Source of the DNA: Thermoproteota archaeon
Lineage (GTDB): Archaea; Korarchaeota; Korarchaeia; Korarchaeales; Korarchaeaceae
Direction: 5' to 3'
Assembly (NCBI GenBank): GCA_027492205.1
Contig: JAOZFN010000014.1
Coordinates: 64,542-128,541 of the forward strand
Length of the DNA: 64,000 nt
In this document: piece after piece, positions 38,482 to 48,281 of the stretch
Numbering within the stretch: the first letter of the stretch is position 1
Layout of the letters: every line of letters begins with the position of its first letter
Position numbers and translations under genes: made by a program
The notes under the pieces: model-generated
Told to the model about the DNA's origin: nothing
The model's database searches: none
Seen by the model: only the letters and a program-made list of their open reading frames with translations

Positions 38482-38694
38482 ATGGGCGGCTTCAGGCTCG
38501 AAGCCAAGAGAAGGGTCCTGAGGGGCATAGAAGAGTTCAGGGAGTACAGGGAGAGGCTCACAGAGCCGTTCACGGTTCTCAAGCGGGACCCGGTTCCGTT
38601 CAGGGAGTTCGATGTGGCGAAGCTGGGGGGGTACATAGACACCTACAGACGTCTCAATCCCTATGCGCGCGATAGCCTCGAGAGCGTGCTCTGA
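38482..38694 (+). CDS. Small hypothetical protein
   Basis: ATG 38482; coding-like codon usage. Confidence 0.35.
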   Translation: MGGFRLEAKRRVLRGIEEFREYRERLTEPFTVLKRDPVPFREFDVAKLGGYIDTYRRLNPYARDSLESVL

Positions 38695-39093
38695 CAGCTT
38701 AACTCGAAGTCGCCCCTGTCGATCGCTGGCTGGAGGATCCACACCGTGTCGAGGTAGGCGAAGGATTCGCCCGCGAATTAAGCTCTACGCGCCGCTGCGA
38801 CGCCGGCGATAGCGGCCCCTGCGATCGCGAGGCCCCCCTACCGCAGCATCGAAAAAAGCCATCCCTGAAGCTACGGCGACGCAGACGGCAGCCCAGGCAA
38901 CGTAAGCGCTGAGGGACTTCGGCTGCGCCGAGAGGAGGGACGCCCCCTCAGCGGCACGAGACGCGATAGGTCAGGCGGGGGTATAAATCTCCTGGAGGGC
39001 TACATAGCGTGGAGTCGCCCCGCCGTGCAACGCACGCAACGCGACGGTAACCTATTTTAAGAGTATTACCTCGAGTGATACTTGGTATAACCT

Positions 39094-39348
39094 ATGGTAA
39101 GACTCAAGGTGAAGGTCGGGCCGAAGGGCCAGATAATCATTCCGAAGGTGCTGAGGAAGAAGTACGGGATAAGGGAGTATGACCAGGTCTTATTGGAGCT
39201 TAGAGAAGACGAGATAGCCATCAGAGGTCCCAGGAGCATTGAGGAGACCCTGAGGTGGATCAGAGAGAGGAGGGGGAAGGTGGGGGGGAGCGAGGCCAGG
39301 CTGGGTGACCTGGCCGACGTGGACCTGGAGGGGGAGTTCGAGGATTGA
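39094..39348 (+). CDS. vapB: AbrB/MazE-type antitoxin
   Basis: KVGPKGQIIIPKVLRKKYGI. Confidence 0.9.
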   Translation: MVRLKVKVGPKGQIIIPKVLRKKYGIREYDQVLLELREDEIAIRGPRSIEETLRWIRERRGKVGGSEARLGDLADVDLEGEFED

Positions 39349-39746
39349 GGGTGCTGGTCGACGCCAGCCTCATCGTGTACCTCAACGTGAGGATGCCTGA
39401 CGACGAGGCCAAGCTCGTCGAAGATTTCTGGGAGGATCTGCTCAGGGACCACGAGCTCTTCACAAATCTGCTGGCGCTGGACGAGGCCATATACGTATCT
39501 GAGAGGAAGTACGGCGTCCCTTTTAGTGAGACCCTCGAGCTCATCGACAGAGCGGTGCTTCCCCACGTTGAGGTGCTTCCGCTGAGCCTGGAGAGCTACC
39601 TGGAAGCCAAGAAGTACATGGTCAGGCACGGCCTGAAGCCCTCCGACTCGATCCACGCGGCGACCGTGGAGGTGTTTGGGCTACAGGCGATAGCCAGCGA
39701 GGACAGGGATTTCGACAAGATCGACATCAAGAGGCTCTGGTTATGA
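39345..39746 (+). CDS. vapC: PIN-domain toxin
   Basis: LVDAS, LDE, PSDSIH and SEDRDFD. Confidence 0.9.
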   Translation: MRVLVDASLIVYLNVRMPDDEAKLVEDFWEDLLRDHELFTNLLALDEAIYVSERKYGVPFSETLELIDRAVLPHVEVLPLSLESYLEAKKYMVRHGLKPSDSIHAATVEVFGLQAIASEDRDFDKIDIKRLWL

Positions 39747-39769
39747 ATTTTAGCCTTGAAAGGAGGTCA

Positions 39770-39912
39770 GGGTAATACGGAGGGCGTCTAGAGAAGACCT
39801 CGTTGACCTAGACCATGAGCGGCCTGCCCCCCTTCTGGATGTCCAGCCTATCCATCACCCCTCTTGGTTACGACGATCCCGCCCCTATCGTCCACCACTA
39901 CCTCGATCACGT
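39770..39912 (-). pseudogene. Inverted AbrB antitoxin remnant
   Basis: The minus strand reads VIEVVVDDRGGIVVTK and then loses frame. Confidence 0.45.
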
Positions 39913-40142
39913 CCAAGAGGCTGGCAGAGGTCAGGGAGGCCGTCGGAATAGAGGAGGGCGATGAGGTCATCGTCGAGATCGGCGACGGGATAACCCTCAG
40001 GCCAGTCAGGAGGTTCGACAGAGAGAAGCTGAAGGAGGCGCTCAGGAGGCACCTAGACAGGCTGAGCGGGATAGAGGGCCTCAGGGAGCCCAGGCCGGGA
40101 GAGCTCGCGTCCGCCTACCTGGAGGAGGAGTTCGAGAGTTGA
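39864..40142 (+). CDS. vapB: AbrB-type antitoxin, N-terminus probably replaced
   Basis: EVREAVGIEEGDEVIVE...YLEEEFES, paralogous to 39094..39348. Confidence 0.6.
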   Translation: MVTTIPPLSSTTTSITSKRLAEVREAVGIEEGDEVIVEIGDGITLRPVRRFDREKLKEALRRHLDRLSGIEGLREPRPGELASAYLEEEFES

Positions 40143-40546
40143 GGGTCTTCATTGACGCGCCGCTGCTGATCTACCTGAACGCCGCTAGGTCCCCCGAGTT
40201 GAGGAGGACCTACGAGGACTTCTACATCGACCTACTATCTGGTAACAGGGCTTTCTCAGATGCGCTGGTTCTAGACGAAGTTATCTACGTCTCTCAGAGG
40301 AAATACAACGTGCCGTATGAATTGACGCTCGAGTTCATCGACTCCATAGTTCTGCCGTACGTGAAGTTGCTGCCAATCGGGGCAGACGAGTTCGGGAAGG
40401 CATCGGAGGTCTTGAGGGCGCACAGGATCAATCCGTCTGACGCGCTCCACCTCGGGGCGATGATGTTGAGTGGAATCGAGAATATCGTTTCGGAGGATAA
40501 AGAATTTGACAAAATTAGTGGAATAAGGAGAATGTGGTTGGGCTAA
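40139..40546 (+). CDS. vapC: PIN-domain toxin
   Basis: FIDAP, LDEVIY, PSDALH and SEDKEFD; paralog of 39345..39746. Confidence 0.9.
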   Translation: MRVFIDAPLLIYLNAARSPELRRTYEDFYIDLLSGNRAFSDALVLDEVIYVSQRKYNVPYELTLEFIDSIVLPYVKLLPIGADEFGKASEVLRAHRINPSDALHLGAMMLSGIENIVSEDKEFDKISGIRRMWLG

Positions 40547-40968
40547 GTGATTTTTACACTTATCAGTTCGTCTCCAGAGCCGGTGGAGGTTGTGCGCAAG
40601 ACCCACCCAGTCAGGAGCTTCAGGGGGGCTACGAGTTAGATTAGAGCCGATAAAACTTGGTACAGTCTAGGGGATCACCTCAGGTTTGACGGGACCGGAA
40701 GATCTACTCTCCGCGCGGCTGACTCGAGAAATAACCCTCGCAGAGAACTTCCGCTGCGCGCGGGCAAGGTCGTACAGCACCCGACCAGAGAGGTATCAGC
40801 CCGGAGGGTCATATACTGCCCGGGGAATCGCCGAGGCGACGAGAAGGGCGCGAGATCAGATCGTCCCGCTGGAATCGCCCTCTGGAGGACCCTGGAGCCG
40901 GAGTAGCAGATCGCAACCCTTATGGGCCAGCCGCTCCCCCCTCACGCGCGGAGGGGGGAGGGCGCGCC

Positions 40969-41556
40969 TTGGGCCGCCTCGTGCCCTGGAGGCTCGTGGC
41001 GGACTGGAGGTGCCTCGCCTGCGGGGCGTGCTGCACCCGCTTCAGGATCCCCCTGAGGCCTGACGAGGCCGTCTCTATAGCGAGGTCGATCGGGGAGTGG
41101 GCCGTGGAGGTCAGGGCTGGGAGGCCCTACCTGGCGAGGGTCGGGGGGAGGTGCGCCTTCCTCTCGGAGGAAGGGAGGTGCCTCCTCCATCCACTCGGGC
41201 TTAAGCCCAGGGCGTGCAAGGTCTGGCCCTTCAGCGTGAGCAGGGAGCCCGTGCACGGCCTACGGGATCTGGCGAGGTTCGAGCACCTGGGGCGCACCTG
41301 GTACGTCTACGCTGACCCCAGGTGCCCGGGACTGAGGCTGGGAGAGCCCGAGGACAGGCTGAGAGAGGAGGTTATCCCGGAGGTCGTGGAGATCTGGGCC
41401 GGAGTCAGAGCGAGGCAGGAGGCTAGCACCTCCGCGCTCCCTGCCGAGGTAGGGGCGACAGAGAGCCCATCAACCCCTGTGTTCGCTCGGGCTGTTATCA
41501 ACCTCATAGCGGGTCGGGCTCACATCCAGGGACACCCTTCCTCGATCCTGGGGTGA
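40969..41556 (+). CDS. YkgJ-family cysteine cluster protein
   Basis: CLACGACC, CAFL...C and KPRACKVWPF. Confidence 0.85.
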   Translation: MGRLVPWRLVADWRCLACGACCTRFRIPLRPDEAVSIARSIGEWAVEVRAGRPYLARVGGRCAFLSEEGRCLLHPLGLKPRACKVWPFSVSREPVHGLRDLARFEHLGRTWYVYADPRCPGLRLGEPEDRLREEVIPEVVEIWAGVRARQEASTSALPAEVGATESPSTPVFARAVINLIAGRAHIQGHPSSILG

Positions 41557-41599
41557 CCGAAAAGGTCGCCGCGCGCTCCTGCGGCCGTCAGGAGAGGGG

Positions 41600-41934
41600 G
41601 ATCCTCCGTTGTTCTCTTCGGCTCATGGGTCAGGGGGGAGGCGTCTGCGACCAGCGACTTCGACGTGCCGCTCATCGCAAAGGAACCCGGCGTCAGGGAC
41701 GGGCTGGCCGGGGACCTCAGGGCACCTAAGATGCTGGCCGACGTGCACTGGTTCACCCCAGGAGAGGCGGAGAGACTTCTCCCCTACTCCTACTATACTT
41801 CTGGACGCCCTCAGGAGGGAATTGTTCTCCCAGACGAGGCTGGGATTGTCAGACTCACCGAGCGGGCGAAGGGGCTCGGCAAGAGGGGCGATGGCAGGGT
41901 CCCCCGGGGGTGGAAGCTCGGGGAGCCTAAGTAG
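41600..41934 (+). pseudogene. Truncated nucleotidyltransferase (MNT)
   Basis: VVLFGSWVRGEASATSDFD with no upstream start; frameshift near 41795 before ILLDALR. Confidence 0.6.
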
Positions 41935-41949
41935 TGAGCCTTACGCCTC

Positions 41950-42537
41950 TCAGGGTGTCACCACCTCCCCCAGCTCCACCAGCACCGCCCCCGCCTTGAG
42001 CATATCCTCCAGGGCCCGCTCGCTATCCCCCGGCTCGACGTCCACCCCCCTTACCGCGTCGGTCAGGACGAAGACCTCGAAGCCCAGTCGGAGCCCGTCC
42101 AGCACGGTGGCCCTCACGCAGTAGTCGGTGGCAACCCCGCCCACGAACAGCCTCCTCACCCCGAGGGCCCTCAGCCCCTCGGCCATGTCGGTGCCCTCGA
42201 AGCCGGAGTACGCCTCCCTGTCCGGCTCGGTCGCCTTGGAAACGATGATGGTCCCCTCCGGGAGCCTGAGGTCGGGGTGGAACTCCGCGCCCTCCGTGCC
42301 CCGAACGCAGTGGGGCGGCCAAGGTCCCTTGGGCCTGAAGCTTACGTGGTTCGGCGGGTGCCAGTCCCTCGTAGCCACCACGGGCCTCCCCAGCCTGTCG
42401 AACAGCTCGATGTAGGAGTTGAGCACCGGCACGACCTCGTCCCCGTTCGGCACGGGGAGCGCGCCGCCGGGCATGAAGTCCCTCTGCACGTCCACCATAA
42501 CGAGCGCGGACCTCCTCGTGATGGCCACCCTGGCCAT
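41950..42537 (-). CDS. pncA: Nicotinamidase/pyrazinamidase
   Basis: VDVQRDFMPGGAL, DWHP, WPPHCV, YSGF and ATDYCV. Confidence 0.93.
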   Translation of the reverse strand: MARVAITRRSALVMVDVQRDFMPGGALPVPNGDEVVPVLNSYIELFDRLGRPVVATRDWHPPNHVSFRPKGPWPPHCVRGTEGAEFHPDLRLPEGTIIVSKATEPDREAYSGFEGTDMAEGLRALGVRRLFVGGVATDYCVRATVLDGLRLGFEVFVLTDAVRGVDVEPGDSERALEDMLKAGAVLVELGEVVTP

Positions 42538-42665
42538 TCTCGACCCTGCGCCCAGGGCGGTTCGACAAGTAATAACGGGTACAGCCCCGGCCCCGGCCAA
42601 TGGCCGGCCGCCCAAGCTCGCGCGCTTTAAGGCCGACCGGCTGGGCACTAACTCAGGTGGGTTGA

Positions 42666-43142
42666 GTGGAGCGGGAGGAGTTCCTGAGGTTCGTCGGGAG
42701 GCAGAAGGCCCTGGAGAGGGAGATCGTCTCCCAGGCGAACGGGTCCGTCGAGCGGGTGAAGAACCCCCTTGTGAGGGAACTCATAAGGGGAATAGCCCTC
42801 GACTCGATGAAGCACGAGAACATTCTCTCGGCCATCGAGGCCAGGATGGCGGGCTCAACGCCCTTCCTCACGGAGGAGGAGCGCGACGCCATCAGGGGGG
42901 CCATTGAGAGGCACATCGAGATGGAGAGGGAGGCTATAGAGAGGTACTCCGAGGTTCTCAAGGGGCTGGAGGACGAGAGGCTCAGGCTCCTTATCGAGTA
43001 CATCCTCGAGGACGAGCGCCGCCACCACGCCCTCCTCCTGAGGATCCAGAAGCTGGTGGTGGAGCCGGAGACCCTCACGGACCAGGACCTGGCCTACCTA
43101 ATGTGGTTCGACGCCCTCTTCCACGGGACGCCGGGCGGCTGA
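42666..43142 (+). CDS. Ferritin-like/rubrerythrin-type diiron protein
   Basis: DSMKHE and DERRHH four-helix-bundle motifs. Confidence 0.8.
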   Translation: MEREEFLRFVGRQKALEREIVSQANGSVERVKNPLVRELIRGIALDSMKHENILSAIEARMAGSTPFLTEEERDAIRGAIERHIEMEREAIERYSEVLKGLEDERLRLLIEYILEDERRHHALLLRIQKLVVEPETLTDQDLAYLMWFDALFHGTPGG

Positions 43143-43380
43143 GCCTATAGCGCCGGGTGGAGGTCGTCCACAGCTCCGAGCGGTTCATCACGGGCCTCAA
43201 GCCCCCTTGAGCATCCGACTTGGGCGGAGGGCGCAGGACGATTTGCGGCCGGTATGCCTCATGGGACGGGGCCCGAGCGGATGTTGGCACCCTGTCAGCC
43301 TCGAACCCCCTCCGCCGCCGGCCAATCAGTTGGAAGCCGTGCGGCCTTTAATTCTTCAGCCCCGCGAGATTGACCGTGAG

Positions 43381-43842
43381 TTGGCCGTGAGGAGGAGGCT
43401 CCTGATAAGGGGCTCCAGAGTGCAAGACATAGGATATCGAATGTTCCTGCTCAACCTGGCGACCGAGCGCGGGCTGACCGGCTTTCGGGCCAGGAACGTG
43501 GACGGAAACGCCGTCGAGGTCATCTACGAGGGGGAAGAGGAGGCGGTGCTCGGCTTCGAGGACGACGTTCGGAGACTCGCCCCCGAGGGAGCCGAGGTCG
43601 AGGGTCTCGAGTTCTGGGACTACGAGGGCCCCGTCCCAGACATTGAGAGGTTCAGGTCCCACTTCGCCACCCTGCAGCTGGGCAAGATCATAGAGGTGGG
43701 GCTGGCGATGATACGCCGGCAGGACGAGACCATAGCCGAGATAAGGGCACTGAGTGATGCCGTAACCGGACTCCTGGACGAGAGGCTCAGAAAGCTCGAG
43801 GAGGACGTGAGGGAGATAAAGGCAAGGCTAGGCCTGATCTGA
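43381..43842 (+). CDS. acyP: Acylphosphatase with C-terminal coiled coil
   Basis: RVQDIGYR and RNVDG..VEV; tail LRKLEEDVREIKARLGL. Confidence 0.8.
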   Translation: MAVRRRLLIRGSRVQDIGYRMFLLNLATERGLTGFRARNVDGNAVEVIYEGEEEAVLGFEDDVRRLAPEGAEVEGLEFWDYEGPVPDIERFRSHFATLQLGKIIEVGLAMIRRQDETIAEIRALSDAVTGLLDERLRKLEEDVREIKARLGLI

Positions 43843-44272
43843 AGCAGATCGCGGGTTGCAATGTCCGCCGGTGGCCTTGTCGCGCATTTCCACGCGGAAC
43901 TCAAAGCCTCCCGCAGCAGAGTCGAATCCCACTATATACAGGCGAGACCCGGATGCGCAAGCCGCGAAGGCGCTGTCCGGGCCCGGTCCCATGTCCTCAC
44001 CTGACGATCCGGTTGATCCCCGGCTGAACAAACCTGGCGCCGCCTGGCCCAGGGTTATAGGTATGGAGAAGTAGGATAGGAGTAGTGAGATTAGGGCCAG
44101 TGAGATCGAGCCCTTCTGGGGACCCTGATCGGCACGATCGGGCGCTCCCCCCGTGACGGATTTATCGTCGACTCCCTCGACCCCTTAGAGATGCCCGGGG
44201 GTGGGCCATGATGGGGCTGGGACGGTCGCGGCCGGTCCACGGCGTCGGCCGAGAGGTGGAGGGGAGGTACGA

Positions 44273-45244
44273 ATGAGCGAGAGCGTCGGGCGCCCCCTCT
44301 CCGAGTTCCCCGTGGCGTTCCGGCCGGTGGCGCCCTTCTCGTTCAGCCCCCACCTGGAGAGGTTCACCGCACCCGGTTTGCCAACCCCGTACCTGTATGA
44401 CCCTGGCGAGCGCAGGCTCTCGCTTCTCGTTCTGGCCGAGGGTAGGCTCCTCCCGGTCAGCCTAACCTTGGAGGGAGAGCCCTGGAGTCCCCTGATTCGA
44501 GGGCGGATCTGGGCCCCCACCAAGCGGGAGGCGGAGGCGGGCCGGCGCGCCCTTGAGGAAGTGGTCAGGGCGAGGTTCGACTACGAGAGGTTCGCCAAGG
44601 AGGTCTGTGGGCTGGACGAGGGGCTATGCGAACTCGTGCGGAGGTACCCAGGTCTCCGGCCGGGGAGGTGCCTCAGCCTCTACGCCGCCCTCGTGGACAG
44701 CGTCGTCAAGCAGAGGATCGCCCTCCGCGCCGCCCTGAGGGTGTACTCGAGGCTCGTCCAGCGCTACGGCGCGAGGGTGGAGGCGGGCGGCGAGACCTTC
44801 TACTGGCATCCCCTGCCCGAGAGGCTGGCCGACGAGGATCCGGCCAGGCTGAGGGAGCTGGGCCTTACCCGGGTCAAGGCCAGGGCCCTGGTGGAGGTCG
44901 CCAGGGCCGAGGCGGAGGGGAGGCTGCCAGGCCTCGAGGAGGCCCTGAGGGACCCCGATTCGACGGTCGAGAGCCTGACCAACCTATACGGCGTCGGAGA
45001 GTGGACCGCCCGGCTGGCCCTGGCAATGGTCGCCCCTGACTTCCCCCTGGGCCCACTCAGCGATCTCGCAGTGGCGAGGGGACTGGCCCTAGTCGTTGGG
45101 GCTGACAGGGGTCGTGAGCTGGGACGGAGGGTGGTTGAGGGGCTGCCGGGGCTGGGGGGCCTGGTGCTGTACCTGGCGGCCTTCGACTACGAGGGGAGGA
45201 GGGGCGGACGCGGCTCGCCCCCGCGGGCGTCCCGTGGAACCTAG
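44273..45244 (+). CDS. alkA: DNA-3-methyladenine glycosylase (AlkA, HhH-GPD)
   Basis: KQRIA, LGLTRVKA, LYGVGEWTA (HhH) and PLSDL. Confidence 0.85.
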   Translation: MSESVGRPLSEFPVAFRPVAPFSFSPHLERFTAPGLPTPYLYDPGERRLSLLVLAEGRLLPVSLTLEGEPWSPLIRGRIWAPTKREAEAGRRALEEVVRARFDYERFAKEVCGLDEGLCELVRRYPGLRPGRCLSLYAALVDSVVKQRIALRAALRVYSRLVQRYGARVEAGGETFYWHPLPERLADEDPARLRELGLTRVKARALVEVARAEAEGRLPGLEEALRDPDSTVESLTNLYGVGEWTARLALAMVAPDFPLGPLSDLAVARGLALVVGADRGRELGRRVVEGLPGLGGLVLYLAAFDYEGRRGGRGSPPRASRGT

Positions 45245-45306
45245 TCAGGTCAGCGACCCTGATGCCACGCGCGGCCCCGCACCCCAGCTGGGCTGGGGCT
45301 GCCTGG

Positions 45307-45312
45307 AAAAAA
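45307..45312 (-). terminator. T-tract terminator after the carbamoyltransferase gene
   Basis: CCCCCACTTTTTT on the minus strand about 30 nt past the stop. Confidence 0.55.
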
Positions 45313-45338
45313 GTGGGGGCTGGGACCCCCCTCACAGA

Positions 45339-46376
45339 TCACACGCCGGGATCTCCGCTCATTGTGAGCGCCATGACCGCCATCTTCGCGTAGAGGTTGT
45401 CCTCCGCCTGCTCGTAGATGACGGAGTTGGGTCCGTCCATGACCTCGTCGGTCGCCTCCTCGCCCCTGAACACCGGCAGCACGTGGGTCACGATGGCCCC
45501 GGGCTCCATCAGGTCGTCCACCAGCTCCTGGGTCAGCATCCAGTCCCTGTACTTCCTGTGGATGTCAAGCTCCCTCTCCAGGCCGAACTGAGACAGCCCA
45601 ACCTGCCCGAGCTGCCAGGTGTGCCAGCTCCTCGGAAAGACCGCGTGGGCTCCCTTCAGGGCCTCCTTGTAGTCGTTCACTATCTCGAAGCTCCCCCCGC
45701 TCTCTTTGGCGTTCTCCCTCACCCAGCCCATGATCTTGGGGTCGAGCTCGAACCCGGGCGGGTGCGCCAGCACCACGTCCATCCCGAACCTGCTGGCTAT
45801 GAGCAGGTCGGCGTGTATGCTGCACGGGCCCCTGATCTTGGAGGCGTAGGCCCACATGACCACGAACTTCTTCCCCTGGAGCTTCTTGAGCTTCTCCCGC
45901 ATTACCATGATGTCGCCGAGGGCCTGGGTCGGGTGGAACATGTCGTCGGCCATGTTTATGACGGGCTTCTTCGCCACTCGGGCGAACTCCCTTATCACCG
46001 GGTTTCCCGTGCCGTACTTGAAGTCGATCACCTTGTCCAGGAGCCTAACGCCGATGCCGTGGGCGTAGATGTCGTACATCTTGGCGACGTCCTTCACGGC
46101 CTCCCCTGCACCGAGCCTGGTGGTGCTCACGTCCACGTAGACCCCGTGCCCGCCCAGGAGGGTGGCGCCCGCCTCGAACGCCCCCCTGGTTCTGGTGGAG
46201 GGCGCGAAGAAGACCATGAAGAAGTTCTTGTTCTTCAGGACGGGCGGAAACTCCCTGCCCGCCCTACCGATCTGCTTGTACCTCGCGGCGACCCTCAGGG
46301 CCTCCTCGATCTCGTCCATCGTCCACTCCTGAGTCGTGATAAGGTCCTTCATGTAGAGGTCGACCATGGGTTTCAC
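45339..46376 (-). CDS. Carbamoyltransferase of the OTC family, YgeW/AOTC-like clade
   Basis: PSTRTR and HPTQAL; WAY, PRSW and HVLP instead of the OTC SMG and HCLP motifs. Confidence 0.85.
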   Translation of the reverse strand: MKPMVDLYMKDLITTQEWTMDEIEEALRVAARYKQIGRAGREFPPVLKNKNFFMVFFAPSTRTRGAFEAGATLLGGHGVYVDVSTTRLGAGEAVKDVAKMYDIYAHGIGVRLLDKVIDFKYGTGNPVIREFARVAKKPVINMADDMFHPTQALGDIMVMREKLKKLQGKKFVVMWAYASKIRGPCSIHADLLIASRFGMDVVLAHPPGFELDPKIMGWVRENAKESGGSFEIVNDYKEALKGAHAVFPRSWHTWQLGQVGLSQFGLERELDIHRKYRDWMLTQELVDDLMEPGAIVTHVLPVFRGEEATDEVMDGPNSVIYEQAEDNLYAKMAVMALTMSGDPGV

Positions 46377-46518
46377 CCCGCCGAGACCCTGCGACGGCTC
46401 AGTATTAAGCCGCCCGGGTGCCGCGTTGCCGTGGGTCTCCTCCGTGAGATCGGGCTTCTGGTCCGCAATAAGAAAGTGAGATGGGGGTTGGGCTCACCGG
46501 AGCACCTCGGCACCGGCT

Positions 46519-47823
46519 TCACAGCCCGAGGACCTGCGCGTATCCCTGGAGGTCCAGGAGACCGTGGCCGGAGTAGTTGAAGAGTATTACGTCCTCCCTG
46601 CCCTCTCTCTTCGCCCTCAGGGCCTCCTCCACCGCGGCCTTGACCGCGTGGGCCGTCTCCGGCGCGGGTATCAGTCCCTCGGTCATCGCGAAGATCCTAG
46701 CGGCCTCAAAGACCTCCTCCTGCGGATACGCCACGGCCTCGATCACCCCCTTCCTCTTCAGGAGCGAGACCGTGGGGGCGGCCCCGTGGTACCTCAGCCC
46801 GCCGGCGTGTATCGGCGGAGGGACGAAGTCGTGGCCGAGGGTGTACATCATTATGAGAGGGGTCGTGCCCGCGGCGTCTCCGAAGTCGTACCTGTACTCC
46901 CCCTCCGTGAGCGAGGGGGAGGCCGTGGGCTCAGCGGCTATGACCCTGTAGCTCGCCCTGCCCTCCAAGATCTCCCTGATGAACGGGAACGTCAGGCCGG
47001 CGAAGTTGCTCCCCCCTCCGACGCAGCCTATCAGCACGTCAACATCCTCTCCGGCGAGCTCCATCTGCCTCCTGGCCTCCTCGCCTATCACCGTCTGGTG
47101 CAGGAGCACGTGGTGGAGGACGCTTCCAAGCGAGTACTTCGCCCGGTCGTCGGACATAGCGGCCTCTATGGCCTCGCTTATCGCTATCCCCAGCGAGCCG
47201 GGGTGCTCCGGGTCCTCCTCCAGGAACCGCCTGCCCGCCTGGGTCCTGTCGCTCGGTGATGGAACCACCTCTGCCCCGTAGAGCTTCATGACGTACTTCC
47301 TGTAGGGCTTCTGGTTGTAGGAGACCCTGACCATGAACACCAGGGCCCTTATCCCGTTCAGCGCCGTCGCCAGCGACAGGGCGGAGCCCCACTGCCCCGC
47401 GCCGGTCTCGGTGGTGAGGTACTCTAGCCCCTCCCTCGCCGCGTAGAACGCCTGGGCTAGGGCCGTGTTCAGCTTGTGGCTCCCCGTGGGGCTGAGGTCC
47501 TCCCTCTTGTAGTAGATCCTGGCCGGGGTCCTGAGGTACCGCTCCAGCCTCCTTGCCCTGTAGATCGGCGTTGGCCTCCCTATCCTCACGTAGAGCTCCC
47601 TGAGCTCCCCCGGTATGTCGATGAACCTCTCCCTGGAGAACTCCTGCCTCACGCACTCTCTTGGGAAGAGGGGCTCGAAGGCCTCCGGACCTAGCGGCTC
47701 CCTGGTCGCAGGGTGGACGTAGGGCGGCAGGTCCGGGAGATCCGCCGTTACGTTGTACCACCTCTTTGGGAGCTCCTCCTGGGGAAGATCTATCCTGTCG
47801 GACGGGGTTCCACCCGAGCTCAT
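46519..47823 (-). CDS. trpB2: Tryptophan synthase beta chain type 2 (TrpB2)
   Basis: [52 protein letters not shown] and SGHGLLD. Confidence 0.95.
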   Translation of the reverse strand: MSSGGTPSDRIDLPQEELPKRWYNVTADLPDLPPYVHPATREPLGPEAFEPLFPRECVRQEFSRERFIDIPGELRELYVRIGRPTPIYRARRLERYLRTPARIYYKREDLSPTGSHKLNTALAQAFYAAREGLEYLTTETGAGQWGSALSLATALNGIRALVFMVRVSYNQKPYRKYVMKLYGAEVVPSPSDRTQAGRRFLEEDPEHPGSLGIAISEAIEAAMSDDRAKYSLGSVLHHVLLHQTVIGEEARRQMELAGEDVDVLIGCVGGGSNFAGLTFPFIREILEGRASYRVIAAEPTASPSLTEGEYRYDFGDAAGTTPLIMMYTLGHDFVPPPIHAGGLRYHGAAPTVSLLKRKGVIEAVAYPQEEVFEAARIFAMTEGLIPAPETAHAVKAAVEEALRAKREGREDVILFNYSGHGLLDLQGYAQVLGL

Positions 47824-48281
47824 GTCCCATCACGCTCCCTCGGCAGAGATAGGAGGTCGCGGAGAGGCACGTCCACCTCCGGCAGGTCGATCGGTAAGAC
47901 GTGCCTGGTGGTCTTCGGTGGGAGCAGCCTCCCAGACGCCGCGGTGACCCTAACGAGTCCCTTTGAGACCGGTACGTCGAGCCTCCTGGGCCTCACTTCC
48001 ACTTCCGGCGAGGAGTAGTTCACCAGCGCCGCCGGGACGGCCCTCGCGCCGAGTGACCGGAGCGCGGCCAGCCTGTGGTGGCCGTCCAGCAGGGCCCCCG
48101 TCTGTCGATCCACGAGCACGGGGACCCTGAGGACTCCGTCCTCCAAGATCTCGCGACCGAGGCGGCGCCTTCTGGCGGGAATGGTCATCTCATGGGGTCT
48201 CAGTGTGGACACCGGGACCAGAGAGACGTCGACGGACAGGTCCCCGGACGTGAGAGACCTGATTAGAGGGGTTGCCCTCAA
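47820..48281 (-). CDS. ParB/Srx-fold protein, SerK/SbnI-like free serine kinase candidate
   Basis: LRPHE, LLDGHHR and LPPKTTRH motifs; its stop overlaps the trpB2 start (ATGA). Confidence 0.75.
   Translation of the reverse strand: MRATPLIRSLTSGDLSVDVSLVPVSTLRPHEMTIPARRRRLGREILEDGVLRVPVLVDRQTGALLDGHHRLAALRSLGARAVPAALVNYSSPEVEVRPRRLDVPVSKGLVRVTAASGRLLPPKTTRHVLPIDLPEVDVPLRDLLSLPRERDGT

Noticed and set aside
43141-43200. Possible minus-strand box C/D sRNA (GTGATGA near 43184-43190)
   Set aside because: No CTGA box D at the expected spacing; the best candidate reads CTAT.
47820-48281. ParB as a chromosome or plasmid partition protein
   Set aside because: No HTH or dimerisation domain and no parA; the PHE and PKTTRH motifs and the trpB2 coupling fit the SerK/SbnI branch better.
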